A DNA stretch of 36,549 bases, taken from the NCBI GenBank assembly GCA_013416795.1, contig RQSC01000917.1, forward strand, positions 12,574 to 49,122, read 5' to 3'. A program made the translations under genes and the position numbers. Below, in pieces: positions 19,105 to 29,800 of this stretch (its first letter is position 1; every line of letters begins with the position of its first letter). Under the pieces are notes generated by a model. It ran no database searches. It was not told the origin of the DNA and saw only the letters and a program-made list of their open reading frames with translations. This DNA comes from Prasinococcaceae sp. CCMP 1430 (Eukaryota > Plantae > Prasinodermophyta).

Positions 19105-20607
19105 TTAAGCTCCAACGCGCCCACGTGCGCCTGCGCCTGCGAATGCGAAGCGCGCCGCAGCTGCGAGCGCGCGCGGCATCGCTCTCGGCGGCATCGTCCA
19201 CTGTGCGCGCGCGAACATAGCTTCGGGTCGCACCGCATCAGGTGCACGCGGGTCGAGCGGCTCTGCCGCCGCCGCTGCTGCCAGCAGCTCTGCCGGCGGC
19301 CGCATACGCCTGTGACGCTTCCTCTCGCTGTCCCTCTTGCGCTTCTTGGCCGCCGCGCCGCCGCTCTTGCTCCTCTTGGATAGGCCGGGTATGGTTCCCC
19401 CCAACGCCTCCATTGCCGCGAGCTGCTCCGCCCACCGCGCGTTCCACTCCTCCTCGACAGCCGCGCACATCTCTACGATCTCATCGTCCTCGTTGTTGTA
19501 CAGCCTGCAGTTGGCCCACACGCGTTCCACGTCGGCAAGCGCAGCGGGCACGTCCTTGTGGCGGTGCTTGCTCAGCCGCTGGCGGATGGTGCCCAAGTCG
19601 ATGGGGCGTGCCACCACGTCGTAGTAGTCAGTCAGCCCCAGCTCCTCGACGGGCACGGGCGTATTGAAGGGCTCTGCGTCCTCGTGCGCCATGGTCGCGT
19701 CGAGGGCTTTCACGAAGAAGGGACGCCACTTGATGCTACCACGGGTGCCGCCTGAGGGGCGCGCTCTGCTGCCGCCGCCGCCGCCACGGTGCTTCGCTGG
19801 CCGGCCCGGCGAGGCGTAGTCGTCGTCGTCGCCGCCGTCGTCGTCGTCTGCGCGCGACGCAGAGGCGAAAATCATGGCGGTGGTGTGCACGCACGCAGGC
19901 ATCAGCGAGCTGCAGGCATAGGGACGCGAGGCGCTAGAGTACGTATGCGCACGCGCGCTGCGCTCGCGCAAGCGCGTTGTGCTCACCTCCATCGTCCTCT
20001 TCGTCCTCCTCGCCGCCATCGTCATCTCGATCTTCCTCACGCGCGCCTGCCACGGCGCGCCCTCCCCCGCCTGCACCTTCCTCGCGCTCGGCGGCCCCCT
20101 CTCCAAAGTCCTCGTCGTCGGGGGCGTGCGGGTCGTAGTAGGGCCCGAGTACCGTGGGCCGCCCGTACTGCGCGAGCCCGTTCTTGGACCACGTGTCTCG
20201 GAAGTATTTCTCGACGGTGTCGCACGCGGCGTTGACAGGGTGCGCGGGGTGGTTGTACGTCCGACAGTTCGACCACACGCGGGAGACGTCTGCGAGGAGG
20301 GCCATTGCGCTCCGGTACTGTCCGCAGTGCCAGGCGCCGTGAGTCAGCGAAAAGGGCGCTTTGGGGCGTCTCGTCGCCTTTCGGGGCGCGGGCTCCCCGC
20401 GCAGCGCCGCCCTCTCACCTTTCTGTTGTCGAGCTTCTCGAGCACCGTGCCGAGGTCCATGGGCTGGTCGATGACGTCGAGGTAGTCTGGGAGTCCGTCT
20501 GCGACCGGATCGACTGGCTCGCTGAAATACTGCTCGGCGTCTTCATGCGACATTGCGCGCACCACGCAGCGCCGCGCGAGCTTCTCCCAGTCGCCTCCGC
20601 TGGGCAT
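19105..20607 (-). CDS. tandem double-bromodomain protein; exons 20607-20419, 20317-19987, 19847-(19105)
   Basis: BD1 YFSEPVDP...LPDYLDVIDQPMDLGTV...NCRTYN; BD2 PFNTPVP...LTDYYDVVARPIDLGTI...NCRLYN. Acidic linker, basic KKRKR after BD2. Introns are phase-consistent (0 and 1). Both ends are uncertain. Confidence 0.85.
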
Positions 20608-20793
20608 GGCGACCGCGCGGGGCCGCGGGCTCGGAGGCCCCCGTCGTCGCGGAAGAAGAGCCCCCCCCACACCTTCCTTCCCCCCCTTCCGCCCCTCCGC
20701 TGGGCTGGCCCTCCTGTGGGCGCTACGCCCGCGGCATGTGGCACGGGGGGGCGGCGGCTGCGCTGGTACCCCCCAGGCCGAGCAGAGGCCCGA

Positions 20794-21087
<294 letters not shown>

Positions 21088-21598
21088 NNNNNNNNNNNNN
21101 NNNNNNNNNNNNNNNNNNNNNNNNNNNNNNNNNNNNNNNNNNNNNNNNNNNNNNNNNNNNNNNNNNNNNNNNNNNNNNNNNNNNNNNNNNNNNNNNNNNN
21201 NNNNNNNNNNNNNNNNNNNNNNNNNNNNNNNNNNNNNNNNNNNNNNNNNNNNNNNNNNNNNNNNNNNNNNNNNNNNNNNNNNNNNNNNNNNNNNNNNNNN
21301 NNNNNNNNNNNNNNNNNNNNNNNNNNNNNNNNNNNNNNNNNNNNNNNNNNNNNNNNNNNNNNNNNNNNNNNNNNNNNNNNNNNNNNNNNNNNNNNNNNNN
21401 NNNNNNNNNNNNNNNNNNNNNNNNNNNNNNNNNNNNNNNNNNNNNNNNNNNNNNNNNNNNNNNNNNNNNNNNNNNNNNNNNNNNNNNNNNNNNNNNNNNN
21501 NNNNNNNNNNNNNNNNNNNNNNNNNNNNNNNNNNNNNNNNNNNNNNNNNNNNNNNNNNNNNNNNNNNNNNNNNNNNNNNNNNNNNNNNNNNNNNNNNN
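21088..21598. other. assembly gap (511 N)
   Basis: N run. Confidence 1.
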
Positions 21599-21685
21599 CC
21601 TGGCCGCGCGCGCGCGCGGCGCGGCGGAGGGCTTGGCCGCCGCCGCGACGGAGGCGGCGGACGAGGAGAGCAGCGAGAAGGCCAT
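21599..21685 (-). CDS. start of a gene with a plastid-transit-peptide-like N-terminus, running into the gap
   Basis: ATG at 21685 gives MAFSLLSSSAASVAAAAKPSAAPRARAAR: MA start, Ser/Ala-rich, basic, no acidic residues. Confidence 0.5.
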
Positions 21686-21956
21686 CGCGGGCGCGGAGCT
21701 GAGGCGTAAGGCGGGGCTGTCGATAGGGCGGCAGAGGGCGAAGCAGGGCGAGGGCGCGCGTCTGGCACCGAGGCTTGTGCGAGTCCCTGTGCGTGTCGCG
21801 GGCCCGCACCGCGCGCGCGACCCCGACGTGTGCGTGTGTGTGTGCGTGTGCGTGTGTGTGTGCGTAAACAGATGCGCACATTGGCAGCGCGCGGAAATCT
21901 CGGCGCGCGCGGATAAGATCGCAGCGCCCATGCTGGGCACCACAGCGCCTTCAGAA

Positions 21957-22001
<45 letters not shown>

Positions 22002-22013
22002 CACACACACACG

Positions 22014-22045
<32 letters not shown>

Positions 22046-22156
22046 CACACACACACACACACGTTCTTGCACCGCCGCCTGCATCGGATTTTGCGCCGGA
22101 AAATTCCTGCGCGCCCCGGCCGGAACCGAGCCGCTCGGAAAAGGTTTGTTTTGGTC

Positions 22157-22184
22157 TTTTAGGGTTATCTCCGGTTTTAGGGTT
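22157..22184 (-). promoter_or_regulatory. two telo-box-like motifs (AACCCTAAAA on the minus strand)
   Basis: TTTTAGGGTT at 22157-22166 and 22175-22184, upstream of the minus-strand ATG at 21685. Confidence 0.5.
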
Positions 22185-22221
22185 CGAGTTTGTTTGAGCG
22201 CGGACGCATCAAGCGCACCGG

Positions 22222-22234
22222 TCACACACACACG

Positions 22235-22321
<87 letters not shown>

Positions 22322-22322
22322 N

Positions 22323-22398
<76 letters not shown>
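22222..22398. repeat. (CA)n microsatellite, ~175 bp
   Basis: Near-perfect CA run with one N. Confidence 0.97.
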
Positions 22399-22400
<2 letters not shown>

Positions 22401-22465
22401 TGCGGACTCGCACATGCACGCGCGCGGCGCGGCGCCGTGGGGCGAACGAAGCGCCATTACTGCTC

Positions 22466-23655
22466 TCAGGCGGCGGGCTTGCACACGAGCTCCTTGCCCT
22501 CCGCGACGCCCTGCGTGCGTGCGTGCGCGCGTGCGCGCGTGCGTGCGTGCGCGTGTCGACAGCGGAGCTCGCGCGTGTCAGCCCGGCGCACACACCTACA
22601 CACACACACACACACACACACCACGCACACACACACACCAACATCGCACGCACCTTGTAGAGCTTGGCGTAGTCGACGCCCTTCATGGGCGGCACGGTGG
22701 TCCACCCCACGCCATCGACGTACGCGGGGATGGCGTACTTGTCCTGGTTGAACTTGTTGAGGCTGTCGCCCTGCCCGAGCAGGCCGCTGCCGATGGTCAT
22801 GACGTCCGAGTAGGCGTACACCACGCGCCGCTCGACGAGCCCCGGCTGCGCCACGTCGCGCTCGTTGCGCTCCACGAAGCCCGCGAGGCCGCCGAAGCCG
22901 CCGTCGGCCTTGAAGGCCGCCGCCGCGGCGCCCGTGGTGTCGAGGTACGGCGCCAGCGGCGCCAGCGCCAGGAACTTGACGCCCAGCGCGGCGAACCACT
23001 CCCTGTACGCCGCCGCGTCCGACTCGAGGGCCGCGTTGCCGACGGGCACCAGCGCGGCGGCCTCCTCGGGGCTCGGCCCCTCCGCGTCGGCGCGCCCCAG
23101 CTGGATGGGCGTGCCGTCGGGGCCGAGGTCCACCGGCGAGTAGAGCTTCAGGAAGGCGCCCTTGAAGCCCTCGTCGGCGTCGACGTCGCCGCCGGCCTCG
23201 GCGAAGGCGCCGCGCTTGTAGGTGGAGCGCGCCTCGAAGCGTTCGGTGAGCCCCGCGTAGTCCTCGCGCCACGCGCGGTTCATCAGCACCTTGGCGCCCA
23301 GCGCGTACAGGTCGCCGTAGCCCACCGGCACGGACAGCTTGGGGTCGATGGCCGCCTTGGCGGCGTCGTAGCGCTTCACGATGTCCTCGAGCCCCGCGGC
23401 GTACGGCCGGTCGAGCTCGAAGCGGATGGAGCCGTCCACGGCGCCGGTGGAGGCGTCCATCAGCGACAGGCGCAGCGCGTCGCGCCAGTCGGCGCCGGCC
23501 ATCTCGGCGTCGATCTCTGCGGGCGGGCGAAGCGCGTGTTTTTTTGGTGTGTGTGCGTGCGTGCGTGTGTGTGTGTGTGTACACGTGTGTGTACACGTGT
23601 GTCTGCGTCAGCGAAGCCAGCGCATAGGCGCACATCCGTGTGTGTGTGCGCGCGC

Positions 23656-23693
<38 letters not shown>

Positions 23694-23929
23694 GCGTGTG
23701 TTTGCGCGCGCGCGTCTCGGCGCCGCGCACCCTTGACGAGCCAGCGCAGGAAGAGCTTGTTGGCGTTGTCGCGGCTGGTGGCGGTGAAGTTCTGCGGGCC
23801 GAGGTCGCCCTCGGGCGCCGGGCCTTGCCGCCTCCGACGCCGCCTCGCTGCTGCCCTTGGCCTCGCGCGTGACTGCAGCGGCGCGTGCGCGCGCGTTCTC
23901 GCGTGCGCGTGTGTGCGCGCCGCGGCCAT
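22466..23929 (-). CDS. TL29: TL29/APX4-like heme-peroxidase-fold plastid protein; exons 23929-23731, 23516-22654, 22510-22466
   Basis: LRLSLMDAS...[11 protein letters not shown]...GL, AKAAID...[10 protein letters not shown] and LGRADA match the TL29/APX4 pattern. The distal-His position of APX (RLAWH) reads RLSLM. Introns are phase-consistent (1 and 0). The start ATG is tentative. Confidence 0.75.
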
Positions 23930-24045
23930 CGTGGCGCTGCTGCGCTGCGACGCGCTGCTGCGGCGCGAGTGTGGCGTGCGTATGCGTACGCACGCACACA
24001 CACAGGTACACACAGGCACACACAGGCACACACATGCACACACAG

Positions 24046-24078
<33 letters not shown>

Positions 24079-24307
24079 CACACACCTCCCCCCCCAACAC
24101 ACACACACCTCCCACCTGCGCACGCGCGTGGCACACGCTGCGAGCGGGAGATCTTTCGCAAGCGGATAACGAATCAGATCTTTCGGGCGCGCTTTTAGGT
24201 TTTTGGGTTCGGGTTGAAACAGGGTCTCCATCCCTTACAGCTCCATCGAAACGCGCGTCGCGCGCCCATCCGAGCCCGTCGCGCTTTGACGAAGGCAGTT
24301 TGACCAT

Positions 24308-24364
24308 GGTTTTGCTCTCCCGTGGGTTCATTCGATCGAAACGCGGTTTTGCTCTCCCGTGGGT
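24308..24364. repeat. 20-bp direct repeat GGTTTTGCTCTCCCGTGGGT x2 (37-bp period)
   Basis: Copies at 24308-24327 and 24345-24364. Confidence 0.85.
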
Positions 24365-24889
24365 GGATGGATGCATTTGTAGTGCCCCTTGGGCGGGCGC
24401 GGCGGTCGGGCGCGTTCGTCGCCCGCGCTGGGGTGCGTTCTGACGTGCCGTGACGGGCGGATGGGCCCAAGGGGCACGCGGGGGCGCCGGAGGGAGCGGC
24501 CTCGGGATCCCGGTCCCGACGGGGGCGGCGCGGGAGGATCGAATGCGATGTGATGTGCGGCCAGCGGCGCGCTCGCTCGCCCGTTTCTTATTTTTCCCCC
24601 TCGCTTTTCGGGCCGAAATTTCGCGGAAATCAAAATCAAAAACGACTCGGCGCGGGCGAAGGCTCCTCGTGGTGCGGCCGGCGTACTTTCGGGCGACTCT
24701 ACGCGCACGGGCGCCGGCGCGGGGGGGCGTCCCGCACATGGCAGCCGGTGATCGACGGCTTGGTGCAGCTGCTCATCCGCGCCCTCCTTTGTTGGAGGAA
24801 GCAAGTGTCGGTGATGATTCGAATGCACGCCGTCGGCGGCCACACCCTCGACCGCCTGGACCGGTCGCTCCAGGAAGGTGAGATAGGTC

Positions 24890-25330
24890 TTGTCGACCGA
24901 CCTGGCGCGTCGCGTGGACGCCGTTGCGTGCGCTTGCGAGTACGCGTTCGCGGCGACCGTGTTCCCGCCCGGCCACACGATGCGGCGCGCGCTCATCAAA
25001 CGCGCCACTAAAGACGCAGAAGTTGCCATGAGCATGTCGACGGATAACGCACAGAGTCAACTTTACAACGAGGCGCTAGGCGCTGAAATCGAGCAACTAC
25101 AGCGCACGCAACAGCTTGACGACAAGTCCACGGTGGGTGACGGCTCTATCGTGCGCGTGAAGCTCCTCCCTGATGACCGGGAGGCTCACCGGCCCGCATC
25201 TCCGGTGGCAGTGAGAGGGTTTGTATTTGTTTCACAACGCGTTTCGCCATCGGGCGGCGGCGCACATATGAAGGCACCTTGCACCGACCCAGCAGAACAA
25301 ACCCTACAAATAAACCCCTTACTTGCGTTC
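24890..25330 (+). CDS. hypothetical coding-like segment (exon or relic)
   Basis: Open frame LSTDLARRVDAVACACEYAFAATVFPPGH...NEALGAEIEQLQRTQQLDDKSTVGDGSIVRVKLLPDD. Not low-complexity; no family recognised; no clean gene model. Confidence 0.3.
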
Positions 25331-25673
25331 AACCCCAACCAATTCGGACCGGGGAAGCGCAGCCAGCGCAGCCTGCGTGCGCACACGCGCGCGCGAGCGC
25401 GGGCGCCGGGGGGTGCCACACGTCGCGCGCGAGGTCCACCCCGGCGCAGCGAGCCAGCGAGCGCTCGTGCGCTCGCGTGGTCCCCCCTCGGGCTCTCGTC
25501 GCTTGGCTTGGACCTGCGGTCCTCGCGCGCGCGCACGCGCGCGCGCAGCAGCGCGCGCGCGCGAGGATCTGCGCGCGCGCGCGCGCGTTCGAGCGCGCTC
25601 GCCCACCCACACCCACCCGCACCCACCCACCCACACCCACGCACACGCACACGCGTACACGCCCGCGTGCGCG

Positions 25674-26859
25674 ATGGCGGAGCTCGCGTTCGTCGTGCGC
25701 TTCCGCGGCGCCAAGCACGCGCTGTCGCTGGACGCGTCGGCGCCCGCGCGCGAGCTCTTCGCGGCCGTGGAGCGCGCCACGGGCGTGCCGGCCGCGGGGC
25801 AGAAGCTCATCGCGCGCGGCAANNNNNNNNNNNNNNNNNNNNNNNNNNNNNNNNNNNNNNNNNNNNNNNNNNNNNNNNNNNNNNNNNNNNNNNNNNNNNN
25901 NNNNNNNNNNNNNNNNNNNNNNNNNNNNNNNNNNNNNNNNNNNNNNNNNNNNNNNNGTTTGACAAAATCGCCGCCGCCGAGCGCCGCGCGCGCGCTGCTC
26001 GAGCGCGTCGCGGCCGACGCCGGCGTGGTGGGCATCATGCGCGAGCGCGGCTGGAGGGTCGGCGCGCTCACGGAGATGCCGCCAGTGGGCAAGGTGTGTG
26101 CGTGCGGGCGCATGCACGCGCGCGCGCGCGCGTGCATGTGTGTGGACGCGTGCGCGTGCGAGAGCGCGCTCGCGCACGCGCGCCGCCTTGCCTCGCGCTC
26201 GGGCGCGGGCGCTGACCCGACGCCCTGCGCCCGCGCTCAAGGTGGGCGTGTCCTCGGCGTGCCTGCTGGGCGTCAACAAGAACAAGGGCCAGGAGATCTC
26301 GCTGCGGTTGCGCACGGACGATCTGCGCGGCTTCCGCACCTACGACGCCATCATGAGGACGATGCTGCACGAGCTCACGCACATGGAGATCTCCGACCAC
26401 AACAACGAATTCAAAGAGCTCTGCTCGCAGCTGGGGCGCGACTACGCGCGCCTCGACTGGAGGGGAGGCACCAGCGCGCGCGCGGTGGGGGGCGGCGGGG
26501 CCGCCGCCGCGGCGCCCGGGTGGCAGGACGACATCCTCGGGGGCGGCGAGCGCCGATGCCGCGCCGGGCCCGCCTGTCCTGGCTCCACGCCGTCGACGCA
26601 CGCCTGGGGCCGCCTCCTCGCTCGGCCCCACTCCCTCGGCGCGCGCCTCCTCGCGCTGCGCGCCGCGCGCGCGGCCGTGTACCTGTACTGTACTGTTGCA
26701 TTTGTTTATGTGTACACACGGATCACACACTCGCACTCGAGAGAGAGAGAGAGAGAGAGAGAACAAAAATACACGCGCGGGCGCGCCTCGCCTGGCGCCG
26801 CGCCGCGCCGCTCGGCTCCTTCGGCCCGCTCAGATCCTTGGGTGCAGCGGGGCTGCTAG
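25674..26859 (+). CDS. UBL-WLM metalloprotease (Wss1-like, plant UBL-WLM type); gap inside, intron 26094-26241, 3' end uncertain
   Basis: UBL N-terminus (RFRGAKH...ERATGVPAAGQKLIARG). WLM core GWRVGALTEMPPVGK|VGVSSACLLGVNKNKGQEISLRLRTDDLRGFR with HExxH in LHELTH, then DHNNEF. Confidence 0.88.
25823..25956. other. assembly gap (134 N)
   Basis: N run. Confidence 1.
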
Positions 26860-29800
26860 TTGGTGACGCCCTCGAGCTCGTCCTCGACGTCCGAGTAGAG
26901 CGCCTTGAGCTCGTTGAGCCTGTTGGGGTCGGCGTCCCACATGCCGCGCGCCGCCGCCTCGATGAGCCGCCCGACCACGTTGCGGAAGGCCGACGGGTTG
27001 GACTTGCGCAGCCTGGCGGCCATCTTCTCGTCCTGCACGTACACCTCGTCGGCCTGGTCGTACACCCAGTCCTCCGCGAAGCCCGTGGTGCCGCCCCAGC
27101 CCACCGCGGCGGTCATGCGCGTGCTCACCTCGTACGCGCCGCCGCTGCCCATCGCCACCATGCTCTCGGCCCACTTGGGGTTGAGCAGCTTGGAGCGGTA
27201 CTCCATGCGCAGCACGTCGTCGAGCTCGCGCGGCGGCGCGTCCCCCTGGCCCGTGGCCTCGACCACGCTCACGCCCACGCGCGCGTCCGCCCCCTGCGAG
27301 GCGCGCGCGGCGGCGGCGATGGCGCCCGTGTTGGCGTAGTACTCCTGGATGTCGGTGAGGCCGTACTCCACGGAGTCCACCTCCTGCACCACGCGGGTGG
27401 TGGTCTTGAGCAGCCCCTGCAGCACGGCGGGGCGCGCCACGCCGCGCTCGTCGCCGCGGCCGTACGAGTAGGCGTTGCGGCTCGCCCAGGTGTCGCCGAG
27501 CTCGGCGCTGCTCGACCAGTCGCTGGTGCCCACGCGCTCGTTCACCATCGATCCGTAGTCGCCCGACGGGTTGGAGAAGAGGCGCGCGGCAGCGGCGGCG
27601 GGCTCGATGCCCGCCTCCTCGGCCAGGGCGAGCGCGTGCTTGCGCACGAAGTTGAGCTCCTCCGGCTCGTCCTCGGCCGCCGCCGCGCGCTGGAACATGT
27701 CGTCCAGCAGGTCCACAACGTTGGCGAACGAGTCGCGGAAGATGCCGCTCATCGAGCACAGCACGTCCACGCGCGGCCGCCCGAGCTCGGCCAGCGGGAT
27801 GAGCTCGAAGCGCGCCACGCGGCCGGTGGCCTCCGACATGGGGCGGGCGCCCACCAGCGCCAGCGCGATCGCCACGCTCTCGCCGCGCGTCTTGATCGCG
27901 TCAAGCCCCCACAGGGTGACCGTGACCGTCTCCGGGAACACGCCGCCGCTGGCGGCGAGCTCCTGCTCGATGACCTGCTCGGCGAGGCGCTCGCCGCGGG
28001 CCATGGCGCCCGGGCTCGGCATGCGGTAGGGGTCCAGCGCGAAGATGTTGCGCCCCGTGGGGAGGACGCCGGGGCCATCCCGCAGCAGGTCGCCGCCCGG
28101 GCCGCTGGGCACGTACTCGCCTTCGAGCGCGCTCATCACGCCGGCGATCTCGCCGGGCGTCTCGCGCAGCAGCTCGCAGACGCGCACCGCCTCGCGCACG
28201 CTCTCCAGGAGCGCACCCTGCGCCTCGTCCGCCCCCGCGCCGTGCGCGCCACCCGCGCTCGCGTGCCCCCACGCAGACGCGTGCGCGTCGTAGAGCGCCT
28301 GTGCATCCGCGCCCACCCCGGCCTCCGCGATGGCTTGCGCGGCGCCCTGCGGCGTGCGCGTGCGCGGGTGCGTGCGACGGCGCGCGCGCGCGCGCGCGCG
28401 GTGTGTGCGAAGCGCACGCTCTGTCAGAACCTCGCGCTCAACGGCTGTGGCGAACGACCCACGCAGGGCGCGCGAGGGCGCAAGAAACAACGCTTTGGCA
28501 CACGCGCGCTCACCTCGGGCAGTCGCTCGCCCAGATAGGCCTCCAGGTAGCTCCCGAGCTGCGCGGGGCTCGGCTGCGCGCCCAGCGTGTGCAGGCCCTC
28601 CGAGAACAGGCGCGACTCGAGGGTCTGCAGGTACGCCCACAGCCGCGACGCCCAGTCGCCGAAGACCTCGGGTGCGGCGGCCTCGGCGACTTCGACCGAA
28701 AACTCGCGCGTCTCCTCGGCATCGGCTGCGAACGGGCAGTCCTTCTCGAGGCCTGCCGACAGCGCCGTCTGCGCGATGGCGCCCCTGAGGTCCTCGCCCT
28801 TGCCGACGGGGTCCTCGCGGAACTCCGCCAGGAGGTCGCGCATGGTCGCCAGCTGCTTGTAGAGCCCCGCGCGCCCGTACGGTGGCACGTTGTGCGACAC
28901 GATGGTGCCGTACCCGCGGCGCTTGGCGACGATGCTCTCGGAGGGGTTGTTCGCCGCGTACACGTACACGTTTGGCACGCCCCCCATCAGCGCGTCCGAC
29001 CAGCTGTCCGCGGTGTTGCCCAGCGGCGAGCCCGGCAGCCACTCGGCGGTGCCGTGCATGCCCATGTGCACGTACGCGTCCGCGCCCCAGGCGCGCTCCA
29101 TGAACATGTAGTGCGCGGCGTACTGCGGATGGGGCGTCAGGTCGCGCTCGAACAGCAGCCGCATCGGATCGCCCTCCACGCCGAGGAGCGGCTGCACGCC
29201 GATGAACACCGAGCCCAGCTGCAGGCCGGCCACGACGCTCTCGCCCTCCGAGGTCGTCATGATGCCGCGGTAGCGCTCGAGCTCCCCCCACTGCGCCTCG
29301 ACCCGCTGCCGCAGCGAGCGCGCGTCGCGCAGGCCCACGCCGCCACCCCCGTCCTCCAGCCACGCCGCGAGCTCCGAGGGGGCCACCGTGTGCACCGCAG
29401 CGCAGCACATCTCCGACTCGGGGTCGAGCAGCGGGTTGCCGCCGGCCTCGCGGCTGTCGCGCGGCGCGCGCCCCGCGGCGATCAGGCGCGGCTCGCTGAG
29501 CCGCTCCAGCGCCGCGACGATCGTCTCGCCGTAGCCGGAGAGGTCCGCGACGTCGCCGAGGGGGCCGAGGTCGTACCCCTTGGCGCGCATGGCGTCGAGG
29601 GTCGCCTCGAGGGACTTGGGGACGTTGAGCAGCGCCGCCGTGCCCGTCGCGCCCACGCCGGGCGGGAAGCCGTACACCATGAGAGCGACGCGCTTGTCGG
29701 CGTTGCGCTTGCGCGCCAGGCCCACCCAGCCGTTGAGCCTGTCGGCGAGCTTGTCCACGCGCTCCTGCAGCAGCACGATGTTGTCGCCCGAGAGCGCGCC

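Noticed and set aside
19105-19107. TAA/TAG reassigned to Gln, as in some ulvophytes
   Set aside because: GapB and the fasciclin end in TAA, and CHLH2, HBP5, the PsbQ-like gene and the sulfotransferase end in TAG, at the positions expected from their families.
22157-22184. Interstitial telomere or chromosome end
   Set aside because: There are only two isolated repeat units, separated by other sequence.
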